Source: Lytechinus pictus (Eukaryota). From it: a stretch of 64,000 nt of DNA. Of the stretch, positions 39,901 to 51,565 are shown one piece after another. How positions within the stretch are numbered: the stretch's first letter is position 1; every line of letters begins with the position of its first letter. The stretch covers positions 47,988,001 through 48,052,000 of the forward strand of contig NC_087249.1 in assembly GCF_037042905.1 (NCBI RefSeq), in the 5' to 3' direction. A program made the position numbers and the translations under genes. A model generated the notes under the pieces. The model was given only the letters and a program-made list of their open reading frames with translations. It was not told where the DNA came from and searched no databases.

Positions 39901-41703
39901 CTTTTGAAAAGTGACATTTTTGCCTTCTGACGGTGCTCACTGAAGCATGACGTAAAATACGTCCATAACATTTACTCAGATGGTAGCTTATAAAATTACC
40001 TACACGCTCATGTAAAAATATATCAAAAACTCGCATTGGTTCAGAAATTATTGATGTTTGTTCAAAGGGGGACTTACTTTTTTTGTTGTGTATATATTGC
40101 ACTCCCGTCTGTTTCGATCATACTGGAGATATGGATGGGTACGCAAAGTCAATGGGCACGATATCGTACTTGCTGACCAGATAAAGTGCATAGCCTATAC
40201 TGAAGGAACATTTGATTGAACTAGCTTATATATGAAATATTCTATCCAAGGAATCAACATGTAAAAAAAGAAATAAATAAAGGCACAGATGAAACTCCTT
40301 TCCCAACTTCTTCACGAATCTTTTCATGAGGCCGCCATCAATTTCAATCTTTACCGCTCACGATGGCGGTCTCCTGCTTTCATTAATGTTTTTTTGTAAT
40401 TAAAAAGTGAAATCCATGCTCACATCGTTATTTTGCATTCATTAACTATAATGAATATATTGTTAATATCATGGATTATTTTGTATATTGCAATAGTAAA
40501 TAATTGATACTATTTGAACGCAGTAATTAAAACAGACAGACAAATAAACTAAAAAGGATATATTTTCGTGTTAAGACCAGAAGCGTTTATGTTGTCAAAA
40601 TGCCCTCCCTCCCATGATGATTTCAAAGAAGGGACACCCCGTCCCCTAGAACTCAAAACGATGAAAAATAGAGTTTGTCTCTATAGTTATCAGATATGAC
40701 TTCACCAACTACACACTAGTCTGGATTTTTTTTGCAATCTGAAATGCATCTCAGGCACGTTTCAGCATCTCCCTTGGGCCCTCTCAGGGATATGTAGCTA
40801 TACCGCTACCCCACACCAGCAAACATGCACAAGAGAGTGGGTACTTGAGCCAGAGAAAGTGAGATTGAAAAGGGATCCCGCACCTGGGGTGCCACCGGGA
40901 TATGACCTGGGAGCAAGACAACGATAAAATGCTACGTCATTATTTTTTCATAATTGGTCACATGGCCCAGACATTTTATACTGTTTTCTTTCTTGTTCCC
41001 TGACTTTTCTCTTTTAGCCTCTCAATTTTTTTTTCACTACTTCAAAAATCATAGAGCGGTCGCCCAAATTTCCCGTCCCCTTTGGTGCCACTGTTATGAT
41101 CAAGAACGGTACGCAGTCATGGAATTAATGATTATAATACTCAGGGCAATAATGATTATATTCACCTCTCAAGGAAATTATTATAATGTGCCTCTCAGGG
41201 AGATAATAATTTTATTTAGAGGTGTTGTGGGTCGGTGAATACGTCTCCGGACTTTGAACCACAAGGTATCCCACCGCAGCATTTTGCCACTCTCCACCCA
41301 GGTGTAGTAAATGGGTATCCGGTAGGAAGTAATTCCTTGAATGCTCGAGCGTCCGATCATGATAGCCGGGGTAATAATATGGCAGCGCTTAAAACATTTG
41401 TATTATAAGCTCTCTATAAATGTTGCATATTATTACTATTATTGTTGTTATTATCATTTTTTATTCACCTCTTAAACTTTCGCCTGGTTCGTAGATGGTA
41501 GAATCAGCAGTGAATCTGAACGGGTTGTCAATGGCCGGCTGGGGCTCATACATCTCGGTACGGTTGCTGGCCTTGGTGTGGTGAATCGGGTTTCCGCCGC
41601 GGCAGGCTGTCATCGGGGCACCCGACGAGTAGCAGTCGGCGTGGAAGACCACTGAAAGGATGACGACGAGGGTGTAGAAAGTCAAAACGGAGGAGGAGGA
41701 CAT
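21958..41703 (-). CDS. Reeler-domain (defense protein / FRRS1-N-terminal-like) secreted, probably GPI-anchored protein, 202 aa; exons 41703-41469, 27974-27746, 22707-22640, 22034-21958
   Basis: Signal peptide plus YSSGAPMTAC...PFRFTADSTIYEPGESL; exon 2 VTISG...FKGFFLQAR...SVTHT...FQWIAP..AGNITF; exon 3 IGSVALGHSTFYVDMTSSVITCK; exon 4 hydrophobic tail AGCLQVNIGVLVISLMVALFYKTSE*. All introns are GT-AG with consistent phases 1,2,1 (235+229+68+77=609 nt). Confidence 0.85.
22949..26129. mobile_element. Foldback element with modular long TIRs, Academ-like, in reeler intron 2
   Basis: Termini TAGTATCCC / GGAATACTA with 3-bp TSD GAT (22946-22948, 26130-26132). Arms are built from ~175-bp subrepeats (about 3 left, 5-6 right); inner IR at ~23830-24100 vs ~24510-24800. 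Confidence 0.85.
26246..26632. mobile_element. PIF/Harbinger-like MITE
   Basis: TIR GCCCGGCTCACACTAAGCGATTCGTTG / CAACGAATCGCATAGTGTGAGCCGGGC. Confidence 0.75.
29565..33540 (-). mobile_element. CR1/L2-group LINE: ORF2 (APE endonuclease + RT) broken by one frameshift, no ORF1 seen
   Basis: 33218-31734 encodes an APE (ISETWL, GGGVGMY, MGDFNID, LIDNIFTN, SDHLPVF). 31801-29999 encodes an RT (NYRPIS, QFGFR, DLSKAFD, PQGSLLGP, YADD). Frameshift at ~31745. 3' UTR stem-loop at ~29670-29711, AATAAA at 29598-29593, TCAA-repeat tail. 5' boundary approximate. Confidence 0.92.
34549..35186 (+). repeat. Tandem duplication of ~315 bp including the 3' half of a SINE
   Basis: 34549-34863 and 34867-35186 are near-identical; both end in CACCTCACCTGGG. 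Confidence 0.9.
35000..35304 (-). mobile_element. tRNA-derived SINE (family B-related)
   Basis: Head with GGTTCGAATCCC, central CACTCGACCCAGGTG...GGGTACC, LINE-like tail GCGCAGTTGAG...AACTGCGC, (TAT)n end. Confidence 0.8.
35660..35890 (-). pseudogene. Paralogous reeler exon 1 (copy B) inside intron 1, with a 1-bp frameshift
   Basis: MSSATISSLCSLIFLLSAFHVDCYPRGSPWTGCAAGNPVHRTSASNYSQLYELQPA* then, in the shifted frame, SDPFRFTADSAFYEPGESLR|GTAAAG. Aligns end to end with 41703-41469. Length is 231 nt where 232 is needed; TGA at 35722-35720. Confidence 0.85.
37728..37821 (-). pseudogene. Decayed histone H3 fragment
   Basis: CTTCAAGAAGCT(AT)AGTGAGGCATA(T)CTTGGTAGGGCTCTTGGAAGACACCCACCTG...GCCAAGAGACTTACC translates as LQEA-SEAY-LVGLLEDTHL...AKRLT, versus H3 LQEASEAYLVGLFEDTNL...AKRVT, with small insertions. 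Confidence 0.75.
38427..38610. mobile_element. hAT-like MITE with a 5-bp TSD
   Basis: CAGGGGCCGC / GCGGCCCCTG flanked by TATTG on both sides. Confidence 0.7.
41225..41455 (+). mobile_element. Internally deleted SINE (family B-related) immediately 3' of reeler exon 1A
   Basis: GTCTCCGGACTTTGAA head, CCACTCTCCACCCAGGTG...GGGTATCCGG core, (TAT)n tail. Confidence 0.7.
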
Positions 41704-43523
41704 CCTTGAGGGACACTCGGAGAAACTATACATTGTGACCGAATAATACTAAGGGCACTGCCTCAAAGTGAAAAAAGGACAAAAGCAATATTTCATGTGC
41801 TTTATAGAAGAAAGCAATATGTTCTCACTTTTACCGGTTTGAAATCAGCAGGCTTCAAATAAAAAAAATGTCAGAGTCTTCACCTATAAAGATCTCTCCA
41901 AAATAATTTTGTAGGAAAAAACCGTCTGGTAATCGCAACGTTTAATTTGTCCAACCTTATTCCTAATGACGAATGGGCGTGGTAGGCAAATGGGTGCAGT
42001 CGACTATATACACCCGTACGTATAGCTAAAGAAGCCTAATTCTTTGACAGAAGAAATGAATTGTCATAGTAATTGGTCAATTTCATATGAAGTCCATAGG
42101 TCGATTGCATTGTTCAGTGGGCCTGGTTCCGAATGACAAAAGGATGATCCGATTCATGCATGAAATCTCATCGAACCGTATTTTGCATTAAGCAAATATC
42201 ATATTTGATTATTGTGTTGAATATTAAAGTATTCTCAAACACACGTACAGTATTAGTAAATTTTGATGTACGCGGCCCCATTCGGGAAAATTCACAGGAA
42301 AATGCAATACTGTAATTCATCAAATTACAATTTATTCGATGAAAACTGTTTTGCTGGTTAATACTTTCAAAGTGAATTCCAATCAACATTTTAATTTTTA
42401 CTATCTATACGTTTGACCAACAACCACATGGGTGAATTTTCGCATGTATGATCATCACAAAATAAGATTTTTTTTTGGAAGGGGATCAACAACTCTTTTA
42501 TTCTTTTGTGGATTTTTGCCAAGGGTTCACTTTTATAGATCTCTTTTCATTCTTTTTTTTTCAATTTTCTAAAAGAGCTTCACTTTTAAAGTCATTAAAA
42601 CATAGATGCACATAATATTTGTTGTGAAAAGAGGTTTAAAACAATTTTAACTGCATATCCCAAGACGTATCACACCAAACAATTCAATCCTTGGTAAAAG
42701 GTATAATTTCGATAAAATTAAGTCAATGTTTTGACCACTAATTAATCCACGGACGTGATATCCGATAATTTTGGCGATTTCAAACGGTATAGATTTTTTG
42801 TCCGCATCTTGTTTTATTTCATCTTGGCAATGGAAAGAAAAGGGTATTCCATGGGAAGTTTTGTCTAATTGTGACGTCCCTTTGGGTCGCCTTGCCCTAT
42901 CAAACTATACCCTGCAGCCCCCCCCCCCAAAAAAAAAAAAAAAAAAAAAGTATGGACTAACTGAAGAGGGGGGAATGATGGGATGGAATATTGAAAATCG
43001 TCTATGAACGAAATAGAATACCTTGAGATGCCCAAACAAAACTCAACATTCGACTTATACAAACGCATTGTGAGAAGAAAATTAGTAAGCCGGTACACCT
43101 TCAAAAGGGTAACATATTTATTAAGAGGCTTGTTACATTTTCAGTGTCATGATCATCAATCATTACAAACAAACCGATACTATTGTATTATATGAATACA
43201 GTTTTGATACACAGTTTAAAAAATGATTACGACATATAAAATGAAATACGCACATTTTGGGGGGAGCGTTTCATGAAGTGATTCGTCAGCCATTTTATCT
43301 TAAATCTATTACAAGCCACTGAAATCCTTGACTGTGATTGGCTGAGAGCAGATGGCATTATGACATTATGCTTCATGAAATGCTCCCCAGATACTTATAC
43401 AATAACATCACATAAAACTTTCCCGCTGTAAATGTGAAATAAGAAATACTATGCCCATGGCATGTGGACAAGGCAAGCTTGAACATCATGATACAACGAA
43501 TTTATCCATCGAGATAACAGCTT

Positions 43524-44993
43524 CTACACATCTAACTTTCTGTGAGACACAAGTTCAATTTCGGCGTTCGGTGGCACGCCATCAATCTGGTCCACTGCCT
43601 CAGGTGTCTTCTTTGGATCTAGATTAGCCTGCATCATATGCTCCGCCTCAGGTTCACCCCTATTCGTGGCCTCAGGGTGTTTATCTTTTGCGGCTTGCTT
43701 TTTTGTGGGCTTCTTGTGACTGTTGAACCTGCTACTCATTCTCAAAAACGAATAGCGTCCGGTTTTCCCGGATTGACGGCGGCGCATATCTCGCGAGTCT
43801 TCTTCGCAGCATTGTCTACAACGGGAGAGGACATTATGGGCGGCCTTGCTGGCTTGTTTTCGCATAGGTGGGCTACGAAGGACATACACATAGGGATTGA
43901 CAGCGCTACTGCTTAGTGCCATCCATATGGCGAAACATTGAAACCAAGCATAAGGCATCGAGAGGGGAACGGTTGTGCCAAAGCCATATACAGCATCAAC
44001 CATGAGAACGATATAGTATGGGAGCCAACAGATCACGAAAGACGCCATCACGATAACCCCCGTCTTGGCGATTTTCCATTCATCAGTGACGTTGATCCGG
44101 TTGCTTCGCCTACTGCTGCGTCGTCCGAATATGCCGCTGATGCGACGCGAAGAGCCACGGCTGTCCCCACTCTGCTCGGACGAGTGATGCGCGCTCGAGC
44201 TTACGCGGACGGATCCTCCAGCCGAGACTGACCCTGAATCGGTGACATCCTGGCTTAGCCGCCGCCCTTGTTTTCGCTTCATGAGGCGACGAGCCGCGCG
44301 ATAGATCGTCCAGTACACGAACACCATGAGAAGAAACGGGGTCACGAACCCGAGCAGGAAAATAAAAAGCGTGTAACTCGCATCATCCTCTGACCAATTG
44401 CCGGTGCAGATGTAACGACTCGGGTGATACGAGATTTTATTCCAACCGATCAAAGGTGGCAGTGCCACTAAGGTGCTCAAAAACCAGATGACACCCAGGA
44501 TTATCCCGTGATGCTTGACGGTGACACTCGAGTGATAATGAAGTGGTTTGACTACGGAGAAATAACGGTCGCCGCTGATGAGAACGAGGTTGAGGATTAT
44601 GGCAACGCAGAAGAGGTTCTTGAAGAAGCCTGTAGCCATACACCAAGCGTTGGACAGCACCCAGTCCTGTGCTGCGGCTGAAACAATGACTGACGGAAGC
44701 ACCAGGACAGTCATGCAGAGGTTCAAGATGGCAAGGTGGAGGATGAGACGTCGGGACACCCTTAACTCTTTTGGTTTCTTTATACACAGGAGAATGACCA
44801 ATATGTTGCCAAGCAACGCGGCCACGAAGATGAAGGTCATGCTGGCCGTTTGCAAGAAGCGGCCAACGTATCGTGGAGTGGGGAACAGATCCATTTCATC
44901 ATTTGTTACGTTTCCTGTCGTGTTGGTGGTCATCACCTCATCATATTCGGTTCCCATATCATAGGATGGGTTCGAAGTACTCGAGAGAATCAT
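43524..44993 (-). CDS. Class A (rhodopsin-like) orphan GPCR, GPR161-like, intronless CDS, 489 aa
   Basis: Seven hydrophobic segments with GN (TM1), LAILNL..VLVLP (TM2), W....WC, DRY, LPPLIGW, CWLP and NPYVY. TM2-TM5 resembles GPR161 from recall; orthology is unverified. Confidence 0.9.
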   Translation of the reverse strand: MILSSTSNPSYDMGTEYDEVMTTNTTGNVTNDEMDLFPTPRYVGRFLQTASMTFIFVAALLGNILVILLCIKKPKELRVSRRLILHLAILNLCMTVLVLPSVIVSAAAQDWVLSNAWCMATGFFKNLFCVAIILNLVLISGDRYFSVVKPLHYHSSVTVKHHGIILGVIWFLSTLVALPPLIGWNKISYHPSRYICTGNWSEDDASYTLFIFLLGFVTPFLLMVFVYWTIYRAARRLMKRKQGRRLSQDVTDSGSVSAGGSVRVSSSAHHSSEQSGDSRGSSRRISGIFGRRSSRRSNRINVTDEWKIAKTGVIVMASFVICWLPYYIVLMVDAVYGFGTTVPLSMPYAWFQCFAIWMALSSSAVNPYVYVLRSPPMRKQASKAAHNVLSRCRQCCEEDSRDMRRRQSGKTGRYSFLRMSSRFNSHKKPTKKQAAKDKHPEATNRGEPEAEHMMQANLDPKKTPEAVDQIDGVPPNAEIELVSHRKLDV

Positions 44994-45450
44994 GATTTTA
45001 TAGTTGTTGAATTCATGAAGAAAGACTTATACTTTGGCTATGAGCCTGTGATCCAATTTTCTCGTCACAAAATTGAGCTCATGATACAGCTGACTTTTAT
45101 ACAAATATACTTGACCAGGAAGATGTCACCTTCTCGAATGTTGGGCAATCAATTCAATCTGTCACTTTCAAATGTGATTAATGTAACCAGCGAATTCATT
45201 TGAATGGAAATCAACTGCAACATGAAAAGTTTCGAAGACGCAGAGTAAAATCACAGCCATGGTGTGCCGAAGTTTGAAGAGTTATAACAATTGGAACAAA
45301 GAGGGCGGTTGTCCAACAATGTGTCGGTTCGGCATTGATTATTAGTACTCTAGTTTTTCTTGAAGTTAAGTTTTGGTTTTGGTATCACGGACTGTGTCGG
45401 GGCTTGATTCAATTTCATTCTGTTGAACGACTGACTGGCAAGGTGTTTTC

Positions 45451-45475
45451 TGAAAACGAAAAAGAAAAACAAATA
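45451..45475 (-). promoter_or_regulatory. Likely splice acceptor for the GPCR coding exon; candidate upstream UTR-exon donors at ~48350 and ~52212
   Basis: Minus strand GTTTTTCTTTTTCGTTTTCAG ~460 nt upstream of the ATG. GTAAGT at ~48350 and GTAAT at ~52212 on the minus strand. Confidence 0.4.
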
Positions 45476-48400
45476 GGAGAATTAAAATCTGACATGTTAA
45501 ACAATAACCGACTGATACATTACAAGAAAATGCCTAAGTCCATTATGCGAAGTTAGAGAGGGATAGGATCGAGGAGGAGGAAGGGAGATGGGTGGGGTGA
45601 AAGGAACGAGAAATTGGTACATAAGGAGTAATTATAGTGGGAAGTGATCCTTTTTACAGGATATTCCAGTAAATCATAACAATCAACCCATATCAACATT
45701 GTTTTTAAAAGATGAATTATTTAGGCTTCAGATCAGAATGTAAATCTTTATGAATAACTGGATGGGGTTTGTCGACGGGACTGAAAATCCAAAACAAACG
45801 GTACAATCTTCAAAGAATAAAGGTTCAATTTTGCATCATTACGAGTGTCATAACCCCACCTTGTACATTATTGACATAAGTTTTAGGCGCAATGTATTGC
45901 TCTTTCTGGGAAAGGGGACACAGGATTGCCTGTTCTGAGGTATTTTCGTGCCACACAATACAGCATTAATATAAGAATGTTGCGTTTTGAATGATGCTGC
46001 TAGAGTGACATGGGTCATATTGCATAAATGAAGATGCAAACACATGCAGGGTACAAAAGTTGTGACCTTTTTGGTGGACATCCCGTTTACATCAGAAAAA
46101 TTGAACTTTATGCCATTCAAACCATTTTGAAAATCATGTGAAGTTTCGTTTAAGAAAGATATTTGGTATAGAATTCTATATTGAAACAGAATGATGAAGA
46201 CATAGTTTGATCAAAGAGAAGGCGATATTCCGTTGTTTTCATTATGATTATCTACCCCAACCCCCATCCCTTGCATGCCTTGTACAAGAGAGAACAAACA
46301 CCGGAAAGTTTACGTCACAAGAAGTTTCATGAATTCAATATCGCTGCACACACGCCATAAGAATAAGAATGTAGTATAATAATGATCGTTAATATCACGG
46401 GCGACGACCACAGGGAGAAAGTTCATCTCGCCCCCGCCCCCATTCTCCACGGCCTTGACCATGTTGACAAAGAATCTAAAGACATTTCTTCCCTTCCTCA
46501 TTCATCAATGATTTCTTGCGCGAAGCGCGCTCTCCTATGGATAATTAAAATGACCTCGCAATCGATATGTAACAACAGTAACACTGTGTAGGTAGATGAA
46601 GCAGTATCACAGTCTCGTTGGAATTATTCAAGGACATGCCGTCTGAGAAAAGATAACTAAATCCTGCAAGATCAATTTTTAACTAAAATTTATTGTTTAA
46701 TAACAAAATCAGTTACGTAAGTGTATGAATTACGATGTTGTAATGAAATGACGTATAAAGCCTTCTTGCTAGGCCTATACTCTCACGACTATAATAAACT
46801 ATCGATTCAGCACAAGCATGGCAAGGCGCTATTTTGCTCTATAGGGCATAATTAATTTTCGAGAATGATCAGCAATACCAAGACAATAAAAATACTAAAC
46901 TCAGTTACGTAACAGGACGCGAAATAAAGCGAACTTCAATTACTCCTGATTCTTTACGATAAATATATACTGTACATTCGAATCATGTACTTTACTTTTA
47001 ATATCTGATAGCAAAGTGGTCAGTACAAGAGTAGAGGGTCCAGATTTATTATTATCGATATTAAATTATGAAGAAAATATCTCAAAATTAATTGATTGAT
47101 AGACGTGCAAACTCACAGTATAGGCAATGCAAAACTTAAAAAAAAAATGTTAACGTTGCTGTTGTCAAAGGGGGAAACGAACCAAAAAGAAAAAATACAT
47201 TTAAGGGGGGGGGGAGTATAAAATAAACTTTGAACAAAATCAGACAATCTTATCAATAAAGTTATGAATTTTCAACACTTGTACAAAGTTTTTGTCACTT
47301 TATAATAATCGCCGTCTATTGTATGTAGGGAATAGTTTTGCCCTTATATCCAACCTTCTTCACCTCACGATGGAAATGGAACCAAGATGGGAAACCTCCA
47401 CCCGATATGGAATGTGGTTCCTACCACCTTTTGTTACAAATCTACCCGTCAAATTGCCAAATTAGTGACTGTTATTGTTTAACCAATAGGTTTAACCAGC
47501 CAACAGTTTTCTTATATTCTTTGTCCGATCTCTTTAAAACCTTTCACCAATTCATTTTTCTATTTTTTGTGGCTATCCTGTCACGTAGATCAGTTCATTA
47601 CCCATTTTGGATTCACAATTAAGAGACCAACCTATTCCCTTGTTTCGTAATTATGAAACAATTATTGTGAAACTAAAAGAATGGAAATTCGTATATCAAC
47701 TTAATGTATCAGTGTTCAAATATTCTAAAAATGTGGGATTCTCATTTCCAGCTTACTATATCAGCAATGGTTCCTTAACGTCGTTTACCCCCTTTAACTA
47801 TTTTGAGTAATTAAGAGGGAAAGCGCACATTAGGGAAGTCCGCATCCTACGCTTAGTTGTGGAATATATAGAGTAACAATATAGCCTACACTAAAAACAA
47901 CTTTATTTTCGGGCACCGTCTATTTTGATGTATATTATGTATATCATACATTGGATGAAGATATTCCGGCCGGGGAGATTTAAAAAAAATGAATAATTCG
48001 AAATTCATGAAAATGAAGGAACAAAACGGCCCCAAAAATGGGGCAAAATTAAGGTTCATCACTTCAATCTAGATCCGAAACCCTTTGGCGTCGGGGAAAG
48101 GAGGGGGGGGGGCATTCACATTCCCTCCAAAGACACACACAAACATTGGCAGTTCGATACCAAAATCATGTTAAGTGAAACGACCTACCCTGCACTCACA
48201 GGCCAATATATATAGATTCGGGCTCTCAGATTGGAACCTAAACATGCTATAAAGACATAGACGACCTGTGACAAACAGTCCTTAAAATATATCTTTAAAA
48301 GGGAATTCTCTGCAAAAAGCCTGTAATGAAATTTGATATTCTACACTTACCCCATCAGCTACAAAGTATACAGTAAATGATCCATAATATGTTGAAACAT

Positions 48401-50009
48401 TGTCTTTCTTAATACTTTTTGCATCGTCTGCCACAATCCTGATACAATCCTTTCTTTGAAGCCAATGGACAAGGAATAAAAGCTATCAAATTGGATATAA
48501 CGACTATTATATGACAAGGTGTAATAGGCCTGTATGGTCCCCGTAATAGTCCAATTGAAAAGAATGCTACTGTTTGGTAAGAAAAGTTGTTTTCAGCGAG
48601 TAAAATAACAACTTCAGAATGGAAAAACGATGTCTCGTGAATGCTTCTATAGTCGCTTCCTGTATAATATGGTTTGGTCAGCTATAGTTTCCCAGGGTCG
48701 TGGCGGAATACAAAAGAGAGAGAAAGAAAAACATCGAAAGAGAGAAAACGGGAGAGAGATGGAAGGGGGGGGGGGGGACTGAAAGGAGGTGGATATATCG
48801 ATGGAGAATGCAGGAAAATTATGGAATAATGGAAGAGGGGATGCAGGGTGGGGGGGGGGGGGCTGGTCGGCATGGGACTTCTCCAAGAAAACCAAGCCAG
48901 TATAATGATTGCCCCTACCTAGTGTTTACCTATTTAAAAAAAAATGAAGAAATTTGGGATTAGAAATTAAGGAAATCCATGAATCCGTCAGTGGGGTGCA
49001 GCGGCAGTGGGGGTGGGAAAGGGGTGACGCCAAGAAAACTCAAGTTTTGACATAATTATGTTAGGGGCACAATTAAAGCCCCTAGTAAGCTCTTGACCCA
49101 CCTGAAAATATATTTTGAAATAACTATGGGATTCGAGCGGGTTTGAACAGTCTTGTATCTGTCAGTTCAATGACCTATCCACATAATCAAGGATGGTCTT
49201 TTCCCGGGCTTTTGCCCAAACAAACGAGAGGGGAACTAACAGATTTGATGTTCCAGCTGTTCTGAAATAATTCACGTTCATTTATTGTCTTTTCGAGAAT
49301 GTCTACAAAACGATAGTAAACAAATCTGTAAATATTATAAGGAATTTACGTGCTTAGATAATCTAATAGACACGAAAAAAATAAAAAAAATTCAGCTGGC
49401 CAACAGAATCGTGGGCATATTGAATTGCAGCCCCTGTACCGGCTTTAATTAAACCGATGATATAAGCATTATATTTATAAACCTTTTACAATGCTCTATA
49501 GCATCCACGTATGATACTTATATAGTTTGAAATATTAAGAAAATGAAATCAACACTTGCATGTGCGCGATATGAGATCCGGGAGTATGAATTTATATCTG
49601 CACGTACACTTATTTAGGTAATGATCTTCTTGTAGACTTAAAACTATCGTTGTAAAATACCCTCCCCCTCAACAAAAGAAAACATATCTTGGAAATGAAT
49701 GATTTCTTTAAAAAAAAATGCTACTCCTTCAATCTCAAAGGAATTTAATACTTAGTTTGAATGTTCATGCATGGCAGATTACACGGCTGAATCCATTCAA
49801 TGAAAGAAAAAAAGTGGGATATTATTTGTTTAATATTACGTTAAAATCTATCACAAAATTATATATTCAATTTTCGCTCGCTCAAGTTGTTTAAAAAGTT
49901 TAAACAATCACAAAAAAGTTTAAACAGCTTGTTGTTAGAGTGACAGGCTTAAACAACGTGCTATTTTTGTTTTACTGCGTAATTATGTGTCAATAAACAA
50001 TTTCTGTTT

Positions 50010-51565
50010 GCAATATAATTTACGTCCTATAGCTTTAACTTCACATTTTGCTAAGCTCGCCGAATCTGTTATGGCTCAATGGTTATTGAAAGACATTGAG
50101 AAACAAATTGATATGTATCAGTTCGGTAACAGACCAGGATTGTCTACATCAAATTATCTTGTTGGTCTATTACATCATCTCTATGACAATGCAGAAAACA
50201 AAAAATCTGTGTCCACTGTTGTATGTACAGATTTTAGAAAGGCGTTTGATCGCCTGGATCACAATATTCTAATTAAAAAAATGATTGATATGCACATAAA
50301 ACCATGGATCATAAATTGGATTGTAAGTTTTTTGGAATATCGCAAGCAATGGACATTATATCATGGAATCTTTTCTGATATCAAAGTTAATCATGCCGGT
50401 GTGCCCCAAGGGACACGACTTGGCCCAATACTTTTTTTAATTATGGTAAATGATTTATGTGAAAATATTCCTATACACTATTTTAAATATGTTGATGATT
50501 TGTCTTTAGTACAATGTCGTAAATCAACTGACACTTCGCAATTACAATCAGTACTTAATTCAGTGCAATACTGGTCGCAATCAAATAATATGTCACTCAA
50601 TCCCTCAAAGTGCTTTACCTTACATATTACTTTCATGAAAAACCCGATCACTCCTGAGGTTCTTGCCATTAATAACTCTGCCTTATGTAATGTAGAAAAT
50701 ATCAAAATTCTTGGAGTTATTATACAATCTGATTTGAAATGGAATTTACATGTCAATGACTTGGTTAAAAGGTGCAATAGAAAATTATATATGTTAAGGA
50801 AACTGAAAAAGTTCAATTTACCTTTGAAGGATTTGGTGACAATATATATGGGTTATATACGACCAATTTTATAATATTGTGCTCCAGTTTTCCATAGCAG
50901 TCTTACAGCAAAACAAAATAATACTATTGAACGAATACAACGGAGAGTATGTAAAATTATCTTAGGACATAATTACATCACATACACAAATGCATGTCAG
51001 GTATGTAATTTACCAACACTTGAGGAGAGAAGACTGACACTGTGTAAAAAGTTTGCAAAATCACTTTCAACTCATCCTTTGTGTAAGACATGGCTACCTC
51101 GGAAAAAACATACAAACATATCTCTTCGTCGTACAAACAACTATCAACAATTTCCAATAAGAACAACAAGATTTAAAAACAGTCCATTGCCTTTTTTGGT
51201 TGACATACTCAACAAAAGATGAGTGTGTCGACTAGGAAAGGCAATGCAAAATGGTCATCCCCACCCCACCATACAATTATTTTTGTCATTTAAATAAGTG
51301 TCAATCTCCTCTCCTTCAAGTCTGCCATTATCATATTGTATTCATTAATTCATTCATTCATTGCCTTTTATGCTTTATTTAAATTGTATTAACTTTTGAA
51401 TGTATAGCCTTTTTAATGTATTTTACTGTGGTTTTTACTATGTATTATTAATGTGCCAACACCAACTTGTAAACATGATATTTCCAGCTCTTGCTGTTTT
51501 TTCATGTATGATTGTTAACATGTTTGATTATCAATAAAGACCATTTTTGAATTGAATTGAATTGA
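50010..51565 (+). mobile_element. 5'-truncated LINE (L2/CR1-group RT), decayed
   Basis: LRPIALTS, QFGNR, DFRKAFD, VPQGTRLGP, YVDD. In-frame TAA at 50872 with RT C-terminal homology continuing to ~51222; AATAAA at ~51533 and (GAATT)n tail. Confidence 0.9.

Noticed and set aside
36200-41460. A separate exon 2-4 set that would make reeler copy A an independent gene
   Set aside because: Scanning by eye found no KGF.LQAR, VTH or W.AP coding remnants here or at 18230-21900 on +. A tBLASTn search would be needed to exclude very decayed copies.
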